Positions 42,032 through 52,200 of a stretch of 64,000 bases of DNA are shown piece after piece. The notes beneath the pieces were generated by a model. That model saw nothing but the letters and a program-made list of their open reading frames with translations, searched no databases and was not told the DNA's origin. Source of the stretch: Corallochytrium limacisporum Hawaii (lineage: Eukaryota; Protista; Pluriformea). Location: assembly GCA_002811645.1 (NCBI GenBank), contig PDIP01000001.1, forward strand, positions 124,001 to 188,000, read 5' to 3'. A program made the translations under genes and the position numbers. Position 1 is the stretch's first letter, and each line of letters begins with the position of its first letter.

Positions 42032-42920
42032 AGTTGCTATTTAGACCCAAAACCCATAGAAGCTAATATTACCATCCCTTCTTGGATGGATTCCAAACTC
42101 AGTATGCTCTTTGTCCTTAAATACCCAAACAGGCCCGTCTTCCCCTGTTACCATTTGTTCGGCGCTTTGCACGCTTCTTCCATACGTCAGCCAGTTCCTC
42201 CCAGAGTCCTGTGCGCAGTCCCATGAAAACTGATCCTTCCCTCTGGCTGCTGCTTGCCGCACACAGTCAATATATTGGGTACGGAAACACAGACCCGTCG
42301 AAGGCAGGAAAGACCTGGCTGAGGCGCGCTGCCTAACGAAAGATGAGGAATGCAGACCCATAAGCAACACCACTTCACATAGTTTCCAAGTACTAGAGCA
42401 CTGAGGAGGGACCAGCCGTGGGGATCAAGTCGTTGTGCCACCGCTCGTCTTGCACAACCGCCTGATGGCCATGTATCTAAAGTGAATTTATGCCCCTTAG
42501 CTTGGATTGAGGCCGACAAAAAGTCATGCAATTTCTATGATAAACATTTACACCCGGAGCCCTCGAAGGACCGAACACGTACACCGAGGTGAGCCAACTC
42601 TCGAATGCGTAGCATAGCGATGCCCAGGAAAGTCACGCCTGGGGTTTCCGCAGTCGTTGCGCAGAATGAAATCCTGATTTGTATTGTTTAGATGCCAACG
42701 GTCGAATAGTATCCGATTTCAGCAAATTGAGTACGTAGAGCGAGCCCCCTCCCGCGGCTGAACAGTAACTATTGATTCGGTGTTTCACCTCAAGATGTGC
42801 ATAATAAATCAATATTATTGGCCGGAGAGCCCCTATTTTTAGTTGTAGGCGGAGGTGGGAGGACCGAGGTACGGCTGAGGGGCACCTATTTGGTGGGAGG
42901 TTTGCTTTGTTGATACTTAA

Positions 42921-42975
42921 GTGCGTTAGTCTGCAACTGCAATCCATGGAAAACTTGATGCTAACCAACTACTAG
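42921..42975 (+). other. Candidate 55-nt 5'-UTR intron of PEX10
   Basis: GTGCGT donor at 42921, TGCTAAC branch at 42959-42965, TAG ending at 42975. Confidence 0.4.
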
Positions 42976-43039
42976 GGCAAACTAGGAATGAATGTGACTT
43001 TCACCATTGCACATTAGCTCCTTTAGTCTAGATCATACT

Positions 43040-44104
43040 ATGGACGGTGCAGGATCTAGCGCAATTGGCGCGGGTACAGGCCAAGTGGGAAATGCGGTTT
43101 CCAGTTCTGGTGTGCGCCCAGTACCTGGAACACGATTGGCAGCAGCTGGACAGCCTGATCTGATTAGAACCCACCAGAAAGATGAACTATACAGGCTATC
43201 ACTTCAGGAAGACTTATTTCAAGTTTTGAATAGCATATTTGGGACTCGAACTTTGTTACCGTGGCGCAGAGAGGTTGACATGCTGGCAGGTCTCCTCTTT
43301 TTCGGTCTTACTATGGGAACTGGATCACAAACGCCAGGAGAGGAAAATTGTGATTTGGTCCAAGTTGCTGTATCCGAAAATAAGAGCAAGGTTCTGGATA
43401 CACGGTACAAGCGGTTGCTAGTCCTCCTTCAGATTCTGGCGCCGTATGTAGTCGAGACTGGACTAGATGAGATTATTGCCCGATACTCACGGTGGGTCTC
43501 TGCGCGAGCAAGTGCAGAATTTCGTGACGAAGATGCTGACCTAGACTTAGACTTACATGATCGTATCCCAAAAGTCCACCAACTGATTCTATCGGGGCTC
43601 AAGTACTGCAAGACCCTTATTGCCACACTGCATAGGCTCCACATTTCAGTTTTCTATCTAACTGGTGACTACTTCTACATCAGTCGACGACTTCTTGGAG
43701 TACGCTACGTATCACTTCGCGATCCGAAGGAGTTGGCACAACGCCCGAGGTACACAATTCTGGGTGTGCTTTCGTTTGCCCAACTACTGATCAGTGTTGG
43801 CGTATACGCCAGGGAGCAAATTAAACAATCCATATTGCGCAGGCAGAAACAGCAGAAGAAGCAGACTGGTGGGATCGTTGGCAAAGACAGTGATAGCAAT
43901 GGTCAAGGAATTGAGGACGTCTGCAATGAGAGCAAGCGGCAGTGCATTCTATGTCTTTCAAATATGAAGAACAGCACCATGACGGTGTGTGGACACGTCT
44001 TCTGCTGGAATTGTATTGCAGGGTGGGCTAGTGAAAAGCCGGAGTGCCCCTTGTGTAGAACTCACATTCGGTTGAACAGTCTCTTCCCTCTGTATAACTA
44101 TTAG
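43040..44104 (+). CDS. PEX10: Peroxin 10 (RING E3 ligase)
   Basis: AGQPDLIRTHQKD, QTPGEENCD, LHISVFY..G.YFYISRR..GVRY, RPRYTILG, C3HC4 RING (CILC..CGHVFCWNCI..CPLCR). Confidence 0.95.
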   Translation: MDGAGSSAIGAGTGQVGNAVSSSGVRPVPGTRLAAAGQPDLIRTHQKDELYRLSLQEDLFQVLNSIFGTRTLLPWRREVDMLAGLLFFGLTMGTGSQTPGEENCDLVQVAVSENKSKVLDTRYKRLLVLLQILAPYVVETGLDEIIARYSRWVSARASAEFRDEDADLDLDLHDRIPKVHQLILSGLKYCKTLIATLHRLHISVFYLTGDYFYISRRLLGVRYVSLRDPKELAQRPRYTILGVLSFAQLLISVGVYAREQIKQSILRRQKQQKKQTGGIVGKDSDSNGQGIEDVCNESKRQCILCLSNMKNSTMTVCGHVFCWNCIAGWASEKPECPLCRTHIRLNSLFPLYNY

Positions 44105-44765
44105 ATAGATGTCTCGAATAGTATAGTGTATGTGGCAAGCTCAGTACTGTATCTGGTGACGACTCTTACACCAAATATTTGGCTTGATGGCCACTGCGTC
44201 ACCTGTTTGACTCATTCGCTGGCTCACGAGCTTCTCAAGTTTCTTTCCCAGATTCACTCGATGGCTATCCCACAACTGCACATCATCGGCAAATTCTGCA
44301 TACATTTTTCGTTTTCTCGATCCGCGCTTTCAATATCGCACACGAGTTAATCCATACCACTTGCTGCAGACGAGTCCATGTCATTAAGTACCTCGTAATC
44401 TTGGGTTAAAGATGCGTACAATTGTGCTTTGCGACCCGCCCGCCGCCGTTTCCGAGGCCCCTTTTTCCTGCACACTCGCCGGTAATTTTGGCCTTTCTTT
44501 TGCGTTCGCACGCGTAAGGAGGTGGACGAGGTGGGAGACCTGCCAGTCTGACGATAAATCAATTTTTCACCGTCTTGTCCCGGTTGGGGAAGGTGCGCTT
44601 GTTGGTCACGGTAGGCCCGACCGCCGGCTGTTCGGATACACAAGGGGTGGTAGAAAAGTGCCGCATGCTGTGAACTGGGTTCTACATTTACTTCATTTTA
44701 TGCACGAAGGGTACGATAGGGGTCTTAAAAAATGTAATTTGGAGACATAGCATGGCTACCCTCCT

Positions 44766-45329
44766 ATGCCCACATCCCTGGCAATGAACTCTTACGGGGA
44801 AGACCAAATCATACACAATTCGGATCGGCCAGAGGATCTGGAGCCACCGGATAACTTTGCAATGGTCCAGCAAGGAATATATAGATCAGCTTTTCCGAAA
44901 CGGAAGAATTTCGAATTTTTAAAGAAGCTCAATTTGAAGACAATCTTAACCCTGGTTTTGGAAGATTTACCCCTTGCCAACAAGCGGTTTTGCAAGGAGA
45001 ATGGGATCACGATCCTTCAGTTTGGGGTTCCTGGCAACAAAGAACCGTTTGTCGACATTCCCGAGAAGGTTATGCGGGCAGCTCTGAGTGTATTATTAGA
45101 TACTCGATTCCATCCTGTTCTCATCCATTGCAACAAAGGAAAGCATCGTACGGGCTCTCTGGTTGGATGCTTGAGGAAGATGGAGAAGTGGAGTCACACA
45201 AGTATTTGCGACGAGTACCGTCGATTCAGCTATCCCAAAAGCCGTGCTTCTGATCAGCAGTTCATCGAACTCTTCAATACTGCTAAAGTTAAGGTTAATG
45301 AACGATACGTTCCAGCGTGGCTTACATAA
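44766..45329 (+). CDS. SIW14: Siw14/PFA-DSP inositol-pyrophosphate phosphatase
   Basis: PPDNFAMV..GIYRSAFP, GNKEPFV, PVLIHCNKGKHRTG, DEYRRF, DQQFIELF. Confidence 0.95.
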   Translation: MPTSLAMNSYGEDQIIHNSDRPEDLEPPDNFAMVQQGIYRSAFPKRKNFEFLKKLNLKTILTLVLEDLPLANKRFCKENGITILQFGVPGNKEPFVDIPEKVMRAALSVLLDTRFHPVLIHCNKGKHRTGSLVGCLRKMEKWSHTSICDEYRRFSYPKSRASDQQFIELFNTAKVKVNERYVPAWLT

Positions 45330-45363
45330 AGAAATGTACTTTGTTTTTGAAGAACATATTCGG

Positions 45364-47142
45364 CTATGGTGCCAGGGCAGCGTCAGGTGAATTGCTGTCC
45401 CCCAGCTTTGCGAGATACAGTAGCGCAGTATCACGCTCCCATGCTTGCAGATACACTGTGGGTGCTCTCTTGTTCCAGCGCATGAAGTAGGCCTTCCAAA
45501 GACCAATGTTTTGATGTCTGGCTCTAACTAGGAGCGTCTGCTCGGAAACGTATGGAAGATACTTGGGATTCTTGAGCTCGTTATCTCTTTCCAACATTGG
45601 CCATACAGATAACGTCTCCTGGGACAGATGATCACGGACCGTCTTGCTGTCATTACCTTGGAAGGTACCAAAAAGACCGGTATTGAAATAGTCAAGAAGC
45701 TCAATCAAAAAGTCCTCGTTGTACTCGAAGGCGTTCTGATAGCTGCACATTATTTCATGCAGACAATTCACGAAGAGCAAGAACGTTGGTGCAAGTTCTT
45801 CTTGACTGTCCCTGCCACCTGCCGGTGGCACATTGTGCTCGCGGAATGGATATCCAAAGTGGATCCATTCCTTCTCAATCAAAGTCTTAAACCCTTTGAT
45901 TGTGCGATAGTGCGGGTCCATAAGGATCATAGCCAGACTAACCAGCAACACTGTCCTGTCGGTTCCTTGGAAGTCCTGTACGACTGCACTAAGATTACGT
46001 TCGAGCATGACTTTAGATATCTCTGCCACAGCGCGCAGAGTGCTCAATACATGTTGAATCCAGCCCGTGTTTTGCAAGTCATCTAAAAAGGTCTGTGTCG
46101 CCAGTCCAGGATAAAGTGTCGACGTGAGCTTCTGATAAGCTTCCCGAAGAGGAATCTTTCCTCCAAGGCGCAATGTGCGCACGATAACACCAGGGTATGC
46201 TTCGTCACCATCTCCACGCTCTGGGCTCGGTGGGGGCGGTTCTTTTGTATTCAGTCCTCCTGAAGATCCACCGCCACTCGAGCTTCCTTGCCTTGCCTCG
46301 AACACGTACAAAGCAGTACTGTTTGCAGTAGCCTTTCTGATAGAGGTTACAAGGTGCTCATCTCCAGGGCTCCGAACACCCTTTCCGACGACACGCGGAA
46401 TTGCTCCTCGAACGAGTACGGTACCGTTGCTAGGGTGCATCCAGGCCACCACCGGAAGTCTACCAGCATTCCGATGTTGTGCACTCTCAATGATTTGGTC
46501 ATCTGTCACATATGACGGTACGTACAGCTTCTCTGGATAGGTCTCAATCATGGCGTAGTCCTTATTGATCTCACTGCATCGCCAGCGCTGATTGGGTAAC
46601 CCCATGCGAGTATAGTCATTGTCAACTAAATTCGGCTCCCAGCCGGACCGATAGTCGCCACTCTTTTTGCTCTTTAGATACTCCTTTGTCCCCAAAGCGT
46701 ATTGCTCGGCCCAGAGAGCTGACCCATGAGCTTCAGGATGTAGGCGTGCGCCAATTACTTCCATAATTTCCGACTGGCTGTGGCTGGGCTTGAACAGGAA
46801 ACTGTACCACAAAGCTTCCTTAAGTCGGAGCTCCAGATACCATGAGTACATTGACTTTCGTGCTTCTTTGTGGTTCTTCGCATTCAGACTCTCTATGGAG
46901 GCAAAGAATATGCTAAACCTCTTGGTCTCTGCTTGCATCCCCATCGGTGCAAAAATGATACGATACGGCGTGATTTCCAAAGTTCCCGGACGCCGTCCGT
47001 AAAATGGATCTTGATAGGTGACTTCTCCATATATGACAGGTTCTTCCGTGGTAATTTCTCCGCGAAGATAACCACCATCGGCACCAATCTGGTCATAGAG
47101 ACCCAATGGTATTGCAGGATCTACCCTCTTGAAGAAGGCCAT
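45364..47142 (-). CDS. Myotubularin-related pseudophosphatase (PH-GRAM plus inactive PTP domain)
   Basis: GTLEITPYRIIF, WR.SEINKDY..TYP..LYVP, RLPV..W, DPHYRTIKGFKTLIEKEW..GYPF. The active site reads QDFQGTDR instead of HCSDGWDR. Confidence 0.92.
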   Translation of the reverse strand: MAFFKRVDPAIPLGLYDQIGADGGYLRGEITTEEPVIYGEVTYQDPFYGRRPGTLEITPYRIIFAPMGMQAETKRFSIFFASIESLNAKNHKEARKSMYSWYLELRLKEALWYSFLFKPSHSQSEIMEVIGARLHPEAHGSALWAEQYALGTKEYLKSKKSGDYRSGWEPNLVDNDYTRMGLPNQRWRCSEINKDYAMIETYPEKLYVPSYVTDDQIIESAQHRNAGRLPVVAWMHPSNGTVLVRGAIPRVVGKGVRSPGDEHLVTSIRKATANSTALYVFEARQGSSSGGGSSGGLNTKEPPPPSPERGDGDEAYPGVIVRTLRLGGKIPLREAYQKLTSTLYPGLATQTFLDDLQNTGWIQHVLSTLRAVAEISKVMLERNLSAVVQDFQGTDRTVLLVSLAMILMDPHYRTIKGFKTLIEKEWIHFGYPFREHNVPPAGGRDSQEELAPTFLLFVNCLHEIMCSYQNAFEYNEDFLIELLDYFNTGLFGTFQGNDSKTVRDHLSQETLSVWPMLERDNELKNPKYLPYVSEQTLLVRARHQNIGLWKAYFMRWNKRAPTVYLQAWERDTALLYLAKLGDSNSPDAALAP

Positions 47143-48065
47143 GCTTCAAAACTAAATAGGCAGTTTGCTGCTTACGCCATCTCCGATCAATATTGGGACT
47201 GTGCCTTCTGCATATAGCAGCACATATATCGATATGTCTCTACCACTTGACGTTCTCAGATTGCTTTAGACGAAACCTTCACTTCAAATAGCCCAAAAGA
47301 TGCAGACGGCTCTGCGGTGTTTGTGCCGACAGCGCCCTCCTCCAATCCCCGCCCCCCTCTGCCCGTTTGGTCGCAGAAGCCAGCACCTCTGGCCCAACTT
47401 ATTTCAGGCGCCACCGGGGCGCTACGCCTATTGTGAACCATATCCACGGCTAACCCGCCCTTAATCCTCGCCCTTCACTACGGACTCTTTCTTCTCTCTC
47501 TCCGTTCGCCCGGATCTCCCCCCCCCCCCTTCCCAAGGGGGACGCGGATCTTTTTCAGTTCTCTGTGTGGCACGCCGGCCCTGCTACTCTCCGGTCTGTA
47601 GATTTCTTCCTACGGGCCCCCTGGCCAAAGAGTGGGTTAGTGGGAAGTAACGGTGGGAAACAAATTGATGATTGGGCCCGGATTTAGCCTTGAACGGTCT
47701 CGTCATAGGGTCGTCCCCTGCTGGGGGCCCGGGGACGGCCCTCATCGGCTGGTGCGCCGAACGGTTCGGAGCTGGTGCGCAGGCGAGTCTCGCAGAAAAG
47801 GCCCTCTCGTCATTAATATTAGTATGAGCACTCTTGACCCAGAAAGTTATTTTAATCGAAGGGGGCAGGATGTGGAGATTCAGGTGTCCATAAATCCACA
47901 AGAGAGATATTTGAGGTTTGGTGCAAGAGAGAAAACCCGTCAGACATTCCAGAAAAAGCAGGCGTGTTTGTGGACGAAAATGTGAATAGACCACGCGTGG
48001 CCAGAAAAGAGAATCTGTGAACCATTTGTCTCTCCACCAAGGTAGAATCACAGTGAAGACCTGAA

Positions 48066-49118
48066 ATGTTTGGGTTGCGACATTTTACTGGTCATGCCTT
48101 TAACAGCGTGCCAGGGAAATTTAGCATGGTTAGTCGTGCCGTCGGACATGGGACACAATTAAAAGTCCAGCGCAATTACGTAACACGCGCGACAGGTAAA
48201 GGCGTGAGTATGTTTCTTGCGAGAGAAAGTACGCTCGCAGAAGCCTCGTCGCTAAAAGGAAAAGGGAAACGAAATGAAGATCGGACATCCATAGTATACC
48301 TGACACCGACAAAGTCATTTTATGGAGTTTACGACGGCCATGGAGGGTCGTTATGTAGCCAGTTCATTGCGGAGGATCTTCCGAAGCATGTAGAAAAACT
48401 TTCCCAAAGCAACGGCACGGAAGGGGATATTTTAAAGGATGCCTATGCACTTGCAGACGACACGGCAGCAGAGCATTTAAGAGAGCAAGCGCGTGATAAT
48501 GATGATCCGTCCATAGAGTTCCAGGGGACAACAGCGTGTACTGCGATTCTTAACGGGCCCGAGTCATTTACTGTTGCCAGTATTGGAGACTCTCGTGCCA
48601 TCTTGGCTAGTAAAGGAATAGCCAGGGTTCTCACTTGGGACCACGAACCAGACAATGAACAAGAGCGAGAGCGAATCGAAGCATGTGGTGGATACGTCAG
48701 TGGCGGGAACAATGGAACCACAGCTCGTCTTCAGGGACGTCTTGCCATGAGCCGGGCGTTTGGAGACCTCCACCTTCGTCAGTATGGACTTATTGCCACT
48801 CCTGACATCCATCGTCACGAAATCGATCCAAACAATGACCAATTCCTTTTGCTAGTTTCGGATGGAGTTTGCGATGTGATGAGTGCTCAGTACATTGTAG
48901 ATCAGATATCCCTAAAGGCCGATGATGGCATAAAGACCGCGGTACGACAGTTGACGGAATCGGCTGTTGTGAAGAACGACTATGCGGATGATGCGAGTGC
49001 TGTTTTGATTAAACTTCCTGCATGGGGGAAATTCCGTCAAGAAGCAGAGTCACGGATGAACCATGGACACCAAGCCCAGGCTGATGTTTTCAATCTGACA
49101 CCACGGCACCGTCGCTGA
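48066..49118 (+). CDS. PP2C-family phosphatase, mitochondrial PPM1K-like
   Basis: Arg/Ser-rich presequence-like N-terminus; NEDR, VYDGHGG, GTTA, ASIGDSRAIL, DHEP, GRLAMSRAFGD, LVSDG, DDAS. Confidence 0.92.
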   Translation: MFGLRHFTGHAFNSVPGKFSMVSRAVGHGTQLKVQRNYVTRATGKGVSMFLARESTLAEASSLKGKGKRNEDRTSIVYLTPTKSFYGVYDGHGGSLCSQFIAEDLPKHVEKLSQSNGTEGDILKDAYALADDTAAEHLREQARDNDDPSIEFQGTTACTAILNGPESFTVASIGDSRAILASKGIARVLTWDHEPDNEQERERIEACGGYVSGGNNGTTARLQGRLAMSRAFGDLHLRQYGLIATPDIHRHEIDPNNDQFLLLVSDGVCDVMSAQYIVDQISLKADDGIKTAVRQLTESAVVKNDYADDASAVLIKLPAWGKFRQEAESRMNHGHQAQADVFNLTPRHRR

Positions 49119-49219
49119 GTTAAATGCATCTACAATCAAACGAACCGCCGTACTATCATTTCATATCAAATTTAAATACAATACACATATAATAAAGAGT
49201 CAAGTCATCGTTGACACAA

Positions 49220-52200
49220 TTAGCGCTTCTTGAGCAGAGGCTTAATTTCACTAAAGCATGCCGGCAAATCGATGGTGGGGAAGAATGGTACAGATGGCTC
49301 ATAGGGAATCACGGGATTGATCTCGGGTATGTCCTTGTACAGAACCTGCTGTTCGGGACTTTGGGGTTTGAACGAAGTGATAACCTGCATGGGCACCTTT
49401 TCGCTGGTACTCTCGGGCTTGAAGTTGGTGATCAGTTTGCGGATCTGAGCCGTAGTCAAGCCTGGTGCTAAATCCCGGATATCATTGACGTTCTCAATGG
49501 TCTTCGGGATCTGTAGCACCTGGCAAGCTTCGTCGACCTTCGTCAAGTGCCTCTCACTGTTCTTCATGCCGTGATCTCCCAGCCAGCCTTTGATCTCAAC
49601 CAGATTCAGCTTGATGGCTAAGGCCTTGTTCTGGGTGCAGAACTTGCTCTGCAGGAAAAAGGCATGCAGCAATTCGAAGCTTAAGGCTTCGACCACTGCG
49701 TCAATAATCTGAGACTGAATTCCTGTGTCCACCATATTTTCAGACATGGCAGTCATCAGTGTATCCCATAGGAATAGAATGGTTCGAGGGCTCTGGGGCT
49801 TCTCCCGTGCCTTTAATCCATCATCCAGTGATGCATACTCCATAATGGCAGTCGCACCCATCTCACGCATGTACTCCGTGTACATGTGCACAATGCGGCG
49901 AATAATGTCAGTACTCTCACTGGATATGAGCAGACGTAAGTCACTCAGATCGATGTTTTTCAGAGCCTGAGACTGTACACGGCTGTTGCCGTGGTCATCA
50001 TCTCCAGAGAAGAGTTTCAGATCGTCTCTCAGTCGACAAAGGTTGGCCAGCCAAAAGCACATTACATTTGCATCATTCGAACTGGCCTGCTTTTTGATTG
50101 CACTCATTACTGTAGATGCCCACTCAAGGCACAGATCTTCATTGTCAGCATCGTCTGCGAAACGGATACACATGAAGATGATGTGTGCAACAATACCAGG
50201 AGACTCCGCAGGCAACGCAGGGAAGCGTACTTTGTGAACCAGCTCCTCAACAATGGCGTCAATGTCACTGATGTGAAACTCGAACCAACCGTTTGCCTGT
50301 GGTTCCTCAACAACGGGGCTATGAATTCTTGAGACCTCTCGACTAAGGCGGTGAGGTTTGATATTTGTCTCTCCCTTGAGTGACAGTGGACCAGTTGCCT
50401 CACCATTGGTCGTGGCAGAAGTTTGGTGGGACTTGAACTGCAGATCATTGTTCAAACGTTCAATCTCGGCGCGGAGCTCCAACGTTTCCTCTTCCAAGCG
50501 GATGATCTCGTCTTTGAGCTTCGAATCGAAACTGTTACCTACCGGCGCAGACTTGCGTGCCTCGACTAAAGCATTCTGCAGTTTAGTGCAACGTTGCTGA
50601 TATTTTTCTCGTTCTGCCTTTTCTTCTTCATATTTCTCCTCGGCCTTGTTCTTCTGGCTTTCTAAATGGGTAAGCTTATGGGCAACAGCAGCAGTCATTG
50701 CTCCGCCTGCCACTGCCGCGGCCACTTCTGCGTTCTGCGTGTCTTCCATAGCTTTCATGTCCTCCCGTAGAGCAGCACCGGCAGCAGATTCTTCCTCCAG
50801 TCTCTTCTTCACCTCCTCCAGCTCCTTTTGGGCCGCCAGAAGCTCCACAGCCTGACTCATTGCCTTTTCCTTGGGCTCTCCATTCATTTCCGGTACTTCG
50901 GCGTCCGCTGCGGCAGAGTCGGGTGCAGAGGTAATGCGCCTGGCGCGCATTTCATTCATGCGAACCACCTCAAGCTCTGCTTTCAACTCTTCGTTTGCCT
51001 TTTCGATCGCCTCCAACGTAATAGACTTCTGCTCCAAGTCGCTCTGCAGTTTCTTAATTTCGTCCTGGGCATCCTCTAGTGCATCTGCGAGCTCACCAGC
51101 TCTGCCTTGTTCACCGGCAGCTGCAGTCTCAATCTCTTGAATACGGGTCTTCAAATGCTCACGGTCCTTCTCCGCAACGTTAAGTTCCTCCGTAACGTCG
51201 TTCAACTCATTGCTCTTACGGGTCAATTGCTGCTGCAAATTCACCACCTTCATTTCAAGACCACTCACCTTTTCTTGCACCTTATCGAGGCTCCTGGCTT
51301 CGGCTCTAAGGCGTCCGAGTTCGCGTCGGGCCAACTTGCGCCGCCAAAGATTTTGTACAATGGTGATGTTCCTGATCTTCCGAGCGTATGCAATGCGACC
51401 ACGAATAACACGCCACCATCTCTGCAGCTTTACAATCGCAACACCTCGGCGGGCCTCCATAATTTCCAAACGAGCCATCCGACCCCGCTGCATGGCCTGA
51501 ATTGCAATCGTAGCAGCACGCAGGTTAACGTATCCCTTGCGGACTACGTACATGCGATAGGTCTTCTGGATTCTTGTAGCCGCCTTGTTTTCACGCAAGT
51601 CCTGGGCGTATTCTCGCCCAAGTTTGCCTCGGGCATATGCCTGCAAACAAATCGTAGCATGGCGGATCCGCAAATATCGAGACCGCTTGATCGCAGCGTG
51701 CAACGTCTTTGTTACTAGTGTCGCTGCCTGATTCAGCTTGTCTGTCCGCATTCGCTCAAGTTGGCCTACTTTGCCGGCCCGAAAGAAGATCTTGGTCTTA
51801 CCCAGCTGATAGACATCCTCGTCTTCGTCAAAGAGACCCCCCAAAATCTTCTGACTATTTCCTTGATCGTCCCCCTTCTTGAGAGCCGACTGCTTGCCAA
51901 GAACCAGGTAGCGGTCAACAAATTCGCCGTAAGTCCACCGTGAAGGGAAACCAGCAGCAGAAATACGAATTGTTTCCAGGACACCACAGGCACGCAATTG
52001 CTCAACAACGTCAAGGTTTTGGAAATCGTCAGGCAGCTTTGTCTGATTGGGTTTGATGCATCGAACGAAGTGTGGTGTTGTGTTGCCCAGAGTAGTATAC
52101 AATTCAGTGAGAGATTTGCTGAACTGGGATGATACTGTCAGTTTCTTTCCCCTGCCTCCGGCAGCGGCTGTCTTTGGTGCTTCGGAGACGGTGCCTCGAC

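Noticed and set aside
44766-49118. Three phosphatase-fold genes in a row as a functional cluster
   Set aside because: Unrelated families and compartments; adjacency is expected by chance in a dense genome.
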